Assembly (NCBI GenBank): GCA_019244185.1 | Contig: JAFATB010000023.1 | Location: 32,001 to 96,000 of the forward strand | Source: Acidobacteriota bacterium | Lineage (GTDB): Bacteria > Acidobacteriota > Thermoanaerobaculia > Gp7-AA8 | Reading direction: 5' to 3' | DNA length: 64,000 bases | Shown: one piece after another, positions 19,391 through 31,010 of the stretch | Layout: each line of letters opens with the position of its first letter | How positions within the stretch are numbered: position 1 is the first letter of the stretch | The notes under the pieces: model-generated | Database searches by the model: none | Told to the model about the DNA's origin: nothing | What the model saw: only the letters and a program-made list of their open reading frames with translations | Made by a program: the position numbers and the translations under genes

Positions 19391-19795
19391 CGCGGAGAAG
19401 CGGATCACGACGAGCGCGATCGCCGCGCCGCAGAGATCGAGCAGGACGTCCTGCGGACGTCCGGTGCGCATGCGCGTCATGCTCTGATGGATCTCGTCGA
19501 TCGACGCGACGACCAGCACGATCGCCAGCGCGATGCCGGCCCAGCGCATCGTGAAGCCGCGGCGCTCCGCGCGCGCGGCGCGGAAGCCGAGCGCGCCGAG
19601 GAAACCGTATGCGGTGAGGTGCGTGGCCTTGCGGATGAGGATGTTCACGAGCTCGATGGAGCGGTCGGAAAGGAACTGTCCGATGAACTCATGCAGCCAG
19701 CCGTGCGTGTGCGACGACGAGAGCCGATCGTTGCCGGCGGAGACGAGGCACGCGGCCCACACGATGACCGGCAGCCAGTAGCGGAGGAAGCGCAT
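19373..19795 (-). CDS. VanZ family membrane protein
   Basis: IRKATHLTAYGFL, DEIHQS...RTG...DVLLD. Confidence 0.9.
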   Translation of the reverse strand: MRFLRYWLPVIVWAACLVSAGNDRLSSSHTHGWLHEFIGQFLSDRSIELVNILIRKATHLTAYGFLGALGFRAARAERRGFTMRWAGIALAIVLVVASIDEIHQSMTRMRTGRPQDVLLDLCGAAIALVVIRFSASRREA

Positions 19796-19820
19796 GCGGC
19801 GCGTACAATACCGCCTCCGC

Positions 19821-21440
19821 ATGGAAGCCCCGACGATCCGTCTCGTCCTTCAACAGCCGAGCCTCGCACCGACGAACCTCGAGCTCCGCGGACCGGTGAT
19901 CACCCTCGGCCGCGCGAGCGACTGCACGGTGCCGATCCGCGACCGCTACCTCTCGCGCCATCACGCGGAGATCGCGTTCGAGTCGGGCGCGTGGCTCGTG
20001 CGCGACCGCAACAGCGCGAACGGCACGCTGCTCAACAACGTGAAAGTCGACGGCGGCTCGCCGCTGCGCCCCGGCGACCGCATCGTCCTCGGCGATACGC
20101 AGATCGTCTTCGATCCGCCGGTCGAGCCGTCGCTCTCGCAGATCATCCCGCTCGACACCGACTCGCAGGCGAAGAACCTCGCGCTGCCGGCGGAGAAGGT
20201 CGTCGCCGGCGACACCGCGCGCGCCGGCGTGCTCGCGTCGCTCGCGCTGGAGTTCATCGAAGACCGTCCGATGGACGACCTCTTCGAGTTCATCCTCAGC
20301 CGCGTCGTCGAGCTGCTCCATCCGTCGCGCGCGGCGCTCGCGCTCCTCGGTGCCGGCGGCTCGTTCGAGCACGTGCATCTGCGCCGCCGCGACGAGAGCG
20401 ACTCCGCCGATCTCTACATCTCGCGCACGCTCCTCGGCGAAGTCATCGAAGGGCGCAACGTCATCTCGTTCGTCGACACGTCCGTCGACGAGAAGCTCGC
20501 CCGCGCGCAGTCGATCATCGCGCAGGACATCCGCTCGGCCGTCTGCGCGCCGCTGCTCGTCGGCGACGCGGTCCTCGGCGTGCTCTATCTCGATTTCCTT
20601 TCCGCGCATGGCTCGGTGACGCAGGACGACGTGCGTCTCATCGCGCAGATCGCGCGCTTCGCCGCGGCCAAGCTCGAGACGACGCGGCTGCGCGAGGAAG
20701 CGATCGCGAAGGCGAAGCTCGACGAGGAGCTGCGCACCGCGTACACGATCCAGAGCCGCCTGCTGCCGGTCGAGCTGCCGAGCGTCGACGGCTACGACCT
20801 CGCGGGCTCGAACCGCCCGTGCCGCACCGTGAGCGGCGACTTCTACGACTTCATCGTGCGGCCCGACGGCCGCATGTACTTCATCATCGCGGACGTGAGC
20901 GGCAAGGGCATCACCGCGGCGCTGGTGATGGCCAGCCTCGCGACGGCGTTCGACATCTTCGTCAGCCGCGATCCCGATCCCGCGGAGCTCGTGTCGCAGA
21001 TCAACAAGACGCTCGCGCCGAAGACCGCGCCGACGAAGTTCGTGACGCTGGTCGCCGGCGTCCTCGATCCGCGCAGTGGGACGATCGACTTCACGAACGC
21101 CGGCCACGTGCCGCCGCTGCTGATCACGGCGTCTGGCGTCGAGCGGCTCGCGTCGACGGACATGATCGTCGGCCTCTTCGCGCACGCGCGCTACCGCACG
21201 CAGCGCGTCACGCTCGCGCCGCACGACTCGCTCGTGCTCTTCACGGACGGCGTGACGGAAGCGGAGAACGCGGACGAGGAACAGCTCGGCCTCGACTCGG
21301 TGGCGACGGCCGTCGCGACGTTGCACGGCACGCCGGCGACGCGCATCCTCGACGCCATCGACGCGCACGTGCAGGCGTTCGCCGGACACACCGCGGCGAA
21401 CGACGACGTGACGCTGCTCGCCGTCACGCGGAACGTCTGA
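19821..21440 (+). CDS. FHA-GAF-SpoIIE (PP2C) protein phosphatase
   Basis: FHA: LGR..SRHHA..SANGT. GAF: SAVCAPL. PP2C: VSGDFYD, ADVSGKG, FTDG, DDVT. Confidence 0.93.
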   Translation: MEAPTIRLVLQQPSLAPTNLELRGPVITLGRASDCTVPIRDRYLSRHHAEIAFESGAWLVRDRNSANGTLLNNVKVDGGSPLRPGDRIVLGDTQIVFDPPVEPSLSQIIPLDTDSQAKNLALPAEKVVAGDTARAGVLASLALEFIEDRPMDDLFEFILSRVVELLHPSRAALALLGAGGSFEHVHLRRRDESDSADLYISRTLLGEVIEGRNVISFVDTSVDEKLARAQSIIAQDIRSAVCAPLLVGDAVLGVLYLDFLSAHGSVTQDDVRLIAQIARFAAAKLETTRLREEAIAKAKLDEELRTAYTIQSRLLPVELPSVDGYDLAGSNRPCRTVSGDFYDFIVRPDGRMYFIIADVSGKGITAALVMASLATAFDIFVSRDPDPAELVSQINKTLAPKTAPTKFVTLVAGVLDPRSGTIDFTNAGHVPPLLITASGVERLASTDMIVGLFAHARYRTQRVTLAPHDSLVLFTDGVTEAENADEEQLGLDSVATAVATLHGTPATRILDAIDAHVQAFAGHTAANDDVTLLAVTRNV

Positions 21441-21442
21441 CC

Positions 21443-22501
21443 ATGCAGAACTACACGATCCTTTCCCTCGACGGCGGCGGCATCCGCGGCCTGCTCACCG
21501 CGAAGATCCTCCAGAGCCTCGGCAACAGCGTCGTCGCGAACACGACCGTCCTCGCCGGCACGTCGACCGGCGGCATTCTCGCGCTCGCATTGGCCGCGGG
21601 CATCGACGCGCAGCAGCTCGTCGATCTCTACTCGAAGCGATGCCCGAACATCTTCGGCGCGCAGTTCTCGCCCGCATCGTCCGACGCGCAGATCCGCGAG
21701 TACCTGCATCTGCTCACCGGCAACGCGATCGCGGCGAACACGATCTGGGGCGTCATCGAGATGGGGCTGCTGAAGAAGGATCTCTTCTCCGCGAAGTACA
21801 GCCACGACGGACTCCGCCAGCAGATCACGAACGTCCTCGGCACGCACGCGACGACGCTCCTCAGCCAGCTGCCGCGCCGCGTGTTCGTGACGACGTATCA
21901 GCTCGACGACGGCAACGGCGCGTGGACGCCGATCTCGCTCGACAACTTCGGCTCGCCGGAGTCGCACGACAGCGCCATGCTCGACGCCGCGCTGTCGAGC
22001 TCCGCCGCGCCGACGTACTTTCCGCCGTACGAGCATCCGCTGTGGGGACCGTGCGTCGACGGCGGCATGTTCGCGAACGATCCGGCCATGTTCGTGCTCG
22101 CGCGCGTGCTGCAGCTCGGCGTCGATCCGAAGTCGATCCGCCTGCTGTCGATCGGCACCGGCGAAACGGTCGACGGCGTGCCGCGCGCGTACTTCAACAC
22201 CGTGCCGCCGGAGATGTGGGGCGCGGTGCAGTGGCTCGACCCGATCAAGGTGAAAGGCACGCCGCTGTCGAAAGGCCTGCTGCTCAATCTGCTGATGGAC
22301 GGCTCGTCGGAAGTCGACGACGAACAGGCCGGGACGATGCTGATGACCGGCAACTACCTGCGCGTGCAGATTCCGCTCAATCAACCGATCACGCTCGACG
22401 ACTGCAGCTGCACGCCGGAGCTCGAGAAGGTCGCCGACGCGTTCGTGCAGGGCTCGCAGTGGCCGGCGATCCAGCAGTGGGTCGCACGCAACTTCGTCTA
22501 G
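21443..22501 (+). CDS. Patatin-like phospholipase
   Basis: LSLDGGGIRG, GTSTG, SSAAPTYF, DGG. Confidence 0.92.
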   Translation: MQNYTILSLDGGGIRGLLTAKILQSLGNSVVANTTVLAGTSTGGILALALAAGIDAQQLVDLYSKRCPNIFGAQFSPASSDAQIREYLHLLTGNAIAANTIWGVIEMGLLKKDLFSAKYSHDGLRQQITNVLGTHATTLLSQLPRRVFVTTYQLDDGNGAWTPISLDNFGSPESHDSAMLDAALSSSAAPTYFPPYEHPLWGPCVDGGMFANDPAMFVLARVLQLGVDPKSIRLLSIGTGETVDGVPRAYFNTVPPEMWGAVQWLDPIKVKGTPLSKGLLLNLLMDGSSEVDDEQAGTMLMTGNYLRVQIPLNQPITLDDCSCTPELEKVADAFVQGSQWPAIQQWVARNFV

Positions 22502-23823
22502 CGCGCTCGCGGTAACCGCAGCCGCGCCACCGCGCCGCGCGCGCCGTCGCGGTTCTCGAGCGTCAGCGTGCCGCCGTGCGCCTCCGCGATCTGGCGGCTG
22601 AGCGCGAGTCCGACGCCGCTGCCGCCGGCCTTCGTGGTGAAGAATGGTACGAAGAGATTCGCCGTCGACGCGATGCCGGCGCCGTCGTCTTCGATCGCGA
22701 CTTCGACTTCGTCGCCGCGCGTGGCGCACGCGATCGCGACGTAGCCTTCGCCCGCTTCGAGCGACGCGTCGACGGCATTGCGCGCGAGGTTGATGAGCAA
22801 CTGTTCGAGTTGATCGCGGTCGACGTCGACGAGGACGTCCTCGTCGCACGTCACGCGCAGCGGCAGCCGCTGTTCGAGCTCGGGCAATCGCGCGACGAGC
22901 TCCGCGATCGGCGTGCGTCGCAGCACGGGACGCGGCAGCCGCGCGAGCCGCGCGTAGCCGTCCATGAAGCGCGCGAGACCGGCGGTGCGCGCGCCGATGA
23001 CGGCCAGTCCGCTGCGCACATCATCGAGCCAGTCGTCCGGCCGTGCACCGGCGTCATCGTTCGCGAACAGTTCGGCGAGACTCAGTGCGATGGAGCGGAT
23101 GGGCGCGAGCGAGTTGTTGAGCTCATGGCCGAGGACGCGCAGGAGGCGCTGCCACGCGATGCGTTCTTCTTCGCGCAGCGTGCGGCTGAGATCGGAGAGC
23201 ACGAGCAAGCGATGCGGCACGCCGTTGTCGCGGAAACGCGAGCGGCGCACGAGCCAGCGTCCCGACGCGCCGGGCAACGCGAGCTCCGCGGTCTCGGATT
23301 GCGCGCCGGCGAGCAGCGGCGCGAGCCCGAGCTCTTCGGCGCTGCGGCCGAGGAGCTGCTCGGTGTTGCGCGCGAGCAGGCGCTCGCCGGCGTGGTTGAC
23401 GAGCTGCAGCCGCTCGCGCGCGTCGAACGCGAAGATCGCGGAGTCGATGCCCGCCAGGATCGCGCGCACGAGCGCCGCGGATTCAAACGCTTCCAGTCTC
23501 CGCGTCCGCAGCGCCTCGGACAACCGATCCAGATCCGCGATCACCTCCGCCATCGCGCCGCCGGACGCGCGTCGCACGCGGAACGAATAGTCCTCTTCGC
23601 GAATCGCGCCGATGAAGCTCGCCAGCGTGCGCAGCGGATAGACGAGCTGCGCGCGCACGGCGATGACGTAGAGCGCGCACGAGATGACGCACGCGCCGAG
23701 GAGCAGCCAGCGCGCGACGCCGTGCAGTTCCTTGAACGCGAGCACGAGCGCGACGGCCATCAGCGGCACGAATGCGCCGAGGCCGAGGAAAAGCACGTTG
23801 CGCTCGAAGCGGAACAGACGCAT
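22498..23823 (-). CDS. Sensor histidine kinase (NtrY-like, PAS)
   Basis: 2 TM, HELNNSL, INLARNA, DDGAG, FFTTK..GSGVGL. Confidence 0.93.
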   Translation of the reverse strand: MRLFRFERNVLFLGLGAFVPLMAVALVLAFKELHGVARWLLLGACVISCALYVIAVRAQLVYPLRTLASFIGAIREEDYSFRVRRASGGAMAEVIADLDRLSEALRTRRLEAFESAALVRAILAGIDSAIFAFDARERLQLVNHAGERLLARNTEQLLGRSAEELGLAPLLAGAQSETAELALPGASGRWLVRRSRFRDNGVPHRLLVLSDLSRTLREEERIAWQRLLRVLGHELNNSLAPIRSIALSLAELFANDDAGARPDDWLDDVRSGLAVIGARTAGLARFMDGYARLARLPRPVLRRTPIAELVARLPELEQRLPLRVTCDEDVLVDVDRDQLEQLLINLARNAVDASLEAGEGYVAIACATRGDEVEVAIEDDGAGIASTANLFVPFFTTKAGGSGVGLALSRQIAEAHGGTLTLENRDGARGAVARLRLPRAR

Positions 23824-23826
23824 CGC

Positions 23827-25184
<1,358 letters not shown>

Positions 25185-25188
<4 letters not shown>

Positions 25189-27578
25189 TCGACCCTCAGC
25201 GCCAGCGCGGGATCGAGCGCCGCCGCGCGGCGCGCCGGCACCCACGACGCGACGATCGCCACCGCGAGCAGCGTGAGCGCGACCGCCGCGTACGCCGCCG
25301 GATTCGTCGCCGTGACGGCGTACAACACGCTGCCGAGCGCGCGTCCTGCCGCGAGCGCCGCGATCACGCCGACGACGACGCCCGCGAGCGCGAGTCGCAA
25401 GCCTTCGCGCAGCACGAACCGCAGCACCATGCGTTCATCCGCGCCGACCGCCATGCGCACGGCGAGCTCGCGCCGCCGCTCGGTCACGAGATACGCGAGC
25501 AAACCGTAGATGCCGACCGCGGTGAGGAAGAGCGCGACGAGTGCGAACGCGGAGAGCACGGCCGTCCCGAAGCGCGGCTGCGCGAGCGACGCCGACACGT
25601 ACGCGTCCATCGGCAGGATGCGGTCGACCGGCAGCGACGGATCGATCGCATGCACGGCCGCGCGGATCGACGCGACGAGCGAGCTTGCGGGTAACGCGCT
25701 GCGCACGACGTACGTCATCGACGAGTCCGCGGCCTGCAGCGCGTCGAAGTAGACGTGCGGCACCGGGCGCTCGCCGAGGCTGCCGTGGCGGATGCTGCCG
25801 ACGACGCCGATGATCGTGCGCCAGCGGATCTCCTGTGCGTCGAGCTCGGAGTAGGTGATGCGTTTGCCGATCGGATCCTGCCCCGGCCAGTAGCGCTGCG
25901 CGGCTGCCTCGTCGATGACGGCGTAGCGCGGCGACGACGGCGTGTCGCGCGCGTCGAACGCGCGTCCGCGCACGACCTTGATCCCGAGCGCCGCGGGAAA
26001 GCCGGGCAGCACGCGGCGGTACTTGCCGGACGGCATGCCGTCTCCCGGCGCTTCCGGACGTCCTTCGATGTGGAACGTCGCGGTGTTGTCGTCGCTGCTG
26101 AGCGGCAGGACCGTCGTTGCGGAAACGGCCGTGACGCCCGGCAGCGCCGCGATGCGTTGCTGGATGCCGCCGAAGAGCGCCACGAGCCGCGCGTTGTCGC
26201 CGCGCATCGACTCCGGCGCGGCGATGCGGAACGTGAGCACGCCGTGCGGATTGAAGCCGGGATCGTTCGCGGCGAGCCGCCGCAGGCTGACCAGCACCAG
26301 CGCGCCGGCGGAGAGCAGCGCCGTCGCCAGCGCGATCTCCACGACAACGAGCGCGGAGCGGAAGAAGCGCACCGCCAGCGTGTCGCCCGCGGTCTTCACC
26401 GCCTGCGGCCGCCAGCGCGTGAGCGTGGCCGCGCCGAGCGCGGGCCCGAGACACGCCGCGCCGAGAAGCGCGAGCAGCGCGAACGCGAAGAGAAGCACCG
26501 GAGCGTCGACGCGAATGACTTCGACGTGGCCGAGGAGCGTCGCGCCGTTGCGCACGATCGCGGCGACGACCGCGTACGTGAGCGCGAGACCGAGCGCGCC
26601 GCCGGCGGCGATGGCTACCCACGCCTCGAGGAAGCGCGTCGCGGCGGCGCGGAGCGGTCCGGCGCCGAGCGCGCCGCGCACGTCGCTCTCGCGGCGGCGC
26701 GCGATCGCGCGCGCGAGGACGAGCGCGAGACTGTTCGCCGCGCCGATGATGAAGACGAGCGCCGCGGCCGCGAAGAGCAGCAGCAGCGGACGCCGCAGGT
26801 CGGCGACGAGATCGTCGTGCAGTCCGGCGAGCACGATGTGCCAGTGCGTGTCGAGGAGGAACTGGCGGCGGCTCGCGACGCGATCGACAAGGCGGCGCGA
26901 GAGCACGTCCGCTTCCGCCTGCGCGCTTTGCAGCGTGGCACCGGGCGCGAGCCGCGCCAGCATCTCCAGATACTCGCTGCCGCGATTCGAGTCGTCGTAC
27001 GCCGACGGCGGCAGCACGAGCGGCTCCCACAGCTCGACGTCGGCGTCGGGAAACGCGAAGTCGCGCGGCATCACCGCGGCGATCGTGCGGCGGCGTCCGT
27101 CGAGGACGAGCGTCTTGCCGATCGCATCCGCGCCGCCGAAGCGCCGCTGCCACGTCGCGTAGCTCAGCACGACCGCGTCATCGTCGTTGGACCAGCGCCC
27201 GGCGAGCGGCGCGACGCCGAACGTCGGGAAGAAGCCGCGCGTGACGCGCGCGGTCGTGAGCCGCAGCGGCTCGCCGCCGCCGAGAACCGCGGAGCTCTTC
27301 TGCCACGCGCCGGAGGAGATGAACGAGCGCGAGGCGGCGCGGTCCGCGACGTCGGGCGGCGACATCGAGCCGCCGCGATCGTTCGACATCCCGTAATGGT
27401 TGTAGAGCCGCACGAGGCGCTCCGCGTGCGCATAGGGCAACGGCCGCAAGAGCAAGCCGTAGGTCACGGCGAAGGTCGACGTGAGGATCGCCGTCGACAG
27501 CGCGACCGTGGCGATGAGAGGGAGCGCGTACGACGGCGCGCGGAGCAGCGCGCGAATGGCCCAGCGAAGATCGTTCAT
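25185..27578 (-). CDS. ABC transporter permease, duplicated MacB/FtsX (ADOP-type)
   Basis: DLRWAIRALLRAP, LLRPLPY, GIYGLLAYLVTERRRE, C-terminal PARRAAALDPALALRVE. Confidence 0.92.
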
Positions 27579-27591
27579 GGCATCCTCCGCA

Positions 27592-28323
27592 TCAGCGCAG
27601 CTCGAAGCCGCTCTCGCGGATCGCCTGTTCGGCGAACGGCAGCGGCAGGTCTTCGACGACGGCGCCGTCGAACATGTGGATGGTGCGGTCGGCGTGCTTC
27701 GCGTAACGCGGGTCGTGCGTGACCATGCAGATCGTCGCGCCTTCGCGATTGAGCTCGCGCATGAGGTTCATCACCGCCTCGCCGTTCTTCGAGTCGAGGT
27801 TGCCGGTTGGTTCATCCGCGAGCACGATCGACGGCTCGCCGACGATCGCGCGCGCGACGGCGACGCGCTGCTGCTGTCCGCCGGAGAGCTGCGCCGGATA
27901 GTGCTTGACACGGTGCGACATCCCGACGCGCTCGAGCGCGGCGTGCACTTTCGCGCGGCGTTCCGCCGGCGCCATGCCGCGGTAGCTGAGCGGCAGCTCG
28001 ACGTTCTCGAACACCGTGAGATCGCCGACGAGGTTGAAGCTCTGGAAGATGAAGCCGACCTGGCGGTTGCGGATGCGCGCGCGCTCGAACGACGTCAGCC
28101 GCGCCACCGGCTGTGCGCCGAGGTCGTACTCGCCGCTGGTCGGCGCGTCGAGCAGGCCGAGGATCGAGAGCAGCGTCGACTTGCCGCAGCCGGACGGGCC
28201 GGCGATGGAAACGTACTCGCCGCGCTCGATCGCGAGATGCACGCCGGAGAGCGCGTGCGTTTCGACGTCGCCGGAGTGGAAGATCTTGGTGAGTCCTTTG
28301 AGATGAATCAGTGGCTCGGTCAT
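27592..28323 (-). CDS. ABC ATP-binding protein (LolD/MacB-like)
   Basis: [25 protein letters not shown]. Confidence 0.95.
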   Translation of the reverse strand: MTEPLIHLKGLTKIFHSGDVETHALSGVHLAIERGEYVSIAGPSGCGKSTLLSILGLLDAPTSGEYDLGAQPVARLTSFERARIRNRQVGFIFQSFNLVGDLTVFENVELPLSYRGMAPAERRAKVHAALERVGMSHRVKHYPAQLSGGQQQRVAVARAIVGEPSIVLADEPTGNLDSKNGEAVMNLMRELNREGATICMVTHDPRYAKHADRTIHMFDGAVVEDLPLPFAEQAIRESGFELR

Positions 28324-28331
28324 GACGCTCC

Positions 28332-29585
28332 TCATTGAATGCGTACGCGCCGCGCGTCGCTCCACGCGGACATGTCGGACAGGATTACGCGATCGCCCGC
28401 GGCGAGGCCGGAGCGGATCTCGACTTCGTTGACGGATGTGCGGCCGAGCGTGACCGGCGTAATGGCCGCCTCGCTGCCGTCGGGGCTGAGCTTGAAGAGG
28501 CCGATCGTTGCGCCATCCGCGGCCTGCACCGGACGGCCGACCTGCAGGACGTTCGCGAGCCGCTCGAGCTCGATCGTGCCGTCGACGGTGAGGTCGGGAC
28601 GCGCGCCGCGCGGCAACGGCCCCGGGATCGTGACGTCGACGACGACGTTGCCTTCCTGCGATGCGGGATCGATCCGGGAGACGTTGCCGCGGACGATGCC
28701 GTTGCGCGTGTCGATCGCGACGGCTTGTCCGACCGCCACGTCGCGCATCTGCGTCTCCGCGATGCGCAGCTGCGCTTTCAGCGGCGCCGGCTGCGCGACG
28801 CGCGCGAGGTTCGCGCCCGCCGCGACGCGCTGCCCCGACTCCGCGGCGAGCACCTGCAGCACGCCGTCGATGCCCGCGCGCACGTGCAGCGACGCGGCCT
28901 GGCTCTCGCGCAATGCGTGCAGCGCGCGCAGCTGCTCGACGCGTGCGCGCAACGCCGCGAGCTGCGCGTCGCCGGCGCGCGAGGCCATCGCCAGCCGCTG
29001 CTGCTCGATCTCGTTGCGCGTGCGCAGCTCCTCCGCGCGCGAGCTGGAGAGCTTCACGGTGAGCGGCGAGGTGAGGCCGTTCTGCGCGAGGTCGCGGTCG
29101 ACGTCCGCGCGCAGACTCGCTTCGACGAAGTCCGCCTTCACGCGCGCCGCCTCCGCGCGCTGGTTGAGAAACTCGCTCTGCAACTCCACGTTGCGCCGCG
29201 CGAGATCCGCCTCCGCGGCCTGCAGCTGCAGCGCGGCGTCCTTCGCGCCCTGCGCGACTTCGGCGTTGTCGAGCTCGAGGATGATCGTGTTCGCGGTGAC
29301 GGCCGTGCCGGGCCGCACGAGCACGCGGTCGACGCGACCTTCCGTCGCCGCGGCGATCCAGCGGATGTTCTCGGGGACGAGCGTGCCGCTGCCGCGCACT
29401 TCGCGCACGAGCGTGCCGCGACGCACGGTGTCGATGACGACGGCGGAGCGGTCGACGGTGGGAGCGGCGGGACGCAGCCGCGTGAGGCCGAACGCGGTCA
29501 GCGCGAGGGCGAGGATCGCGGCGGTGAAGAGCAGGCGTCGCCGTCGCGTACGTGCGGCGGCGAGCTCGGGTCGGACGATATCCAT
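28332..29585 (-). CDS. Periplasmic adaptor (HlyD/MacA-like)
   Basis: N-terminal TM, VRGSGTLVP, coiled coil, GLAAGDRVI. Start reassigned to MDIVRP. Confidence 0.9.
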   Translation of the reverse strand: MDIVRPELAAARTRRRRLLFTAAILALALTAFGLTRLRPAAPTVDRSAVVIDTVRRGTLVREVRGSGTLVPENIRWIAAATEGRVDRVLVRPGTAVTANTIILELDNAEVAQGAKDAALQLQAAEADLARRNVELQSEFLNQRAEAARVKADFVEASLRADVDRDLAQNGLTSPLTVKLSSSRAEELRTRNEIEQQRLAMASRAGDAQLAALRARVEQLRALHALRESQAASLHVRAGIDGVLQVLAAESGQRVAAGANLARVAQPAPLKAQLRIAETQMRDVAVGQAVAIDTRNGIVRGNVSRIDPASQEGNVVVDVTIPGPLPRGARPDLTVDGTIELERLANVLQVGRPVQAADGATIGLFKLSPDGSEAAITPVTLGRTSVNEVEIRSGLAAGDRVILSDMSAWSDARRVRIQ

Positions 29586-29601
29586 GGACCGCGCCTCGTG
29601 C

Positions 29602-29616
29602 GCAAGGCCACTGCCA
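29602..29616 (-). promoter_or_regulatory. sigma54 -24/-12 promoter
   Basis: TGGCAGTGGCCTTGC. The operon encodes its own enhancer-binding protein (bEBP). Confidence 0.75.
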
Positions 29617-29713
29617 CGGGTCTCCGCCGGCGACAAAGTGCTCACGTCCGGCTATTTACGACAAATTTCGTACTTGGGTTCAAGGATTCCGCGTGTGCGG
29701 ATGTGGGATTCGA

Positions 29714-29731
29714 CTGTTCGGATCCGAACAG
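29714..29731. promoter_or_regulatory. Perfect 18-bp palindrome, candidate bEBP UAS
   Basis: CTGTTCGGATCCGAACAG (TGT-N10-ACA), about 100 bp upstream of the sigma54 site. Confidence 0.6.
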
Positions 29732-29742
29732 CGGACTGGCGC

Positions 29743-29776
29743 TTGACAGCAATCGGTAGTTGATTGATCATTCAAC
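29743..29776 (+). promoter_or_regulatory. Promoter and TetR-type operator
   Basis: TTGACA at 29743; near-palindrome GTTGATTGATCATTCAAC just before the tetR ATG. Confidence 0.6.
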
Positions 29777-29782
29777 CAAGTC

Positions 29783-30445
29783 ATGGACACCCGCGAGAAA
29801 CTCCTTGCCGCCGCGGCGCGGCTCTTCCACGAGAAAGGCTTCACCGCCACGTCCGTGGCCGAGATCCTCGAGCGCGCGGACGTCAACAGCGGGAGCCTCT
29901 ATCACTTCTTCTCCGGCAAGGAAGAACTGCTGCGCGGCGTCCTCGAGCGCTACCACGCGCTGCTGCCCGACGAACTGATCGCGCCGGCCGAAGCGACGAC
30001 CGAGGACGGCGTCGAGCGCGTGTTCGCGCTGCTCGCGCTCTATCGCAAGGGGATGGAGATCACCGGCTGCCGTTACGGCTGCCCGATCGGCAACCTCGCG
30101 CTGGAGACGACCGACGCGTATCCCAACATCCGCCCGCTCGTGGAGGCGAACTTCGTCCAGTGGATCGGCCACGTCGAGCGCTGGCTCGCGGCCGAGGGAG
30201 CGCGCTTTCCGCGCGGCACTGACTTCCACCGCCTCGCGCAACTCGTGCTCACGACCATGGAGGGAGGGCTCATGCAGACGCGCGCGCGCCGCAGCCTCGC
30301 TCCGTTCGACGAATCCGTCGCCGCGTTGCGGCACTACCTCGATCTGCTCATGGGAAAGAAAGGAAAAGGAAATGCTCCATCCCGTACGACTCACCGCCGC
30401 CCTTCTGCTCCTCGCCGCAACAGCCGCTCCGCTCGCGGCCGCTGA
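29783..30445 (+). CDS. TetR/AcrR family regulator
   Basis: LFHEKGFTATSVAEI...GSLYHFFSGKEEL, GCPIGNL. Confidence 0.93.
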   Translation: MDTREKLLAAAARLFHEKGFTATSVAEILERADVNSGSLYHFFSGKEELLRGVLERYHALLPDELIAPAEATTEDGVERVFALLALYRKGMEITGCRYGCPIGNLALETTDAYPNIRPLVEANFVQWIGHVERWLAAEGARFPRGTDFHRLAQLVLTTMEGGLMQTRARRSLAPFDESVAALRHYLDLLMGKKGKGNAPSRTTHRRPSAPRRNSRSARGR

Positions 30446-30962
30446 CACCTCCACGGAGACGACGACGCTCGCGGGCCACGTGCTCGTCGTCACGCGCACA
30501 ACCCCGGAAAAGCGTCTCGAGATGCGCGTCACCGTTCCCGCGCCCCTCGGCGAAGTGTGGAACGCGTTCGCCACGCGCGAGGGCATGCAGACGTGGCTCT
30601 CGCCCGAAGCGAAAGTCGAGATGCGCGCGGGCGGCGACTGGCTCGTGAGCTATCCCGGCGCGGCACCAGGCGGTGGCAGCGTGCTCGCGTTCGTCCCGCG
30701 CGAGATGCTGTCGCTCTCCGCGATGGCGCCGGAGGCGTATCCGACCGTGCGCAAGGAACGGACGATGGCCACGTTCTTCTTCACCCCGAAGAGCGAGCGC
30801 GAAACGGAAGTGCGGCTCGTGCAGGTCGGCTGGAAAGAAGGCGCGGAGTGGGATCGCGCGTTCGACTATCTGTCGAAAGGCAACGCCATGCTGCTCAACG
30901 GTCTGCACCAGCGCTTCACCGACGGGCCGGTCAACTGGAGCGCGCTGCTGCAGAAGCACTGA
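30372..30962 (+). CDS. SRPBCC/AHSA1-like protein with signal peptide
   Basis: VPAPLGEVWNAFATREGMQTW. Confidence 0.85.
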   Translation: MLHPVRLTAALLLLAATAAPLAAADTSTETTTLAGHVLVVTRTTPEKRLEMRVTVPAPLGEVWNAFATREGMQTWLSPEAKVEMRAGGDWLVSYPGAAPGGGSVLAFVPREMLSLSAMAPEAYPTVRKERTMATFFFTPKSERETEVRLVQVGWKEGAEWDRAFDYLSKGNAMLLNGLHQRFTDGPVNWSALLQKH

Positions 30963-31010
30963 CGCGCGCGAGGGAGCCGCGCGGCGCTGCACGCGCCGCG
31001 CGGCTGCTGC

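Noticed and set aside
19487-21442. 1004-aa ORF as a giant patatin fusion (likewise other long extensions, e.g. 46389..48851 and 32992..34602)
   Set aside because: The extensions are alternative frames over genuine upstream genes; the true starts are coupled to the upstream stops.
21443-22501. CBASS system
   Set aside because: No cyclase or ancillary cap genes are adjacent.
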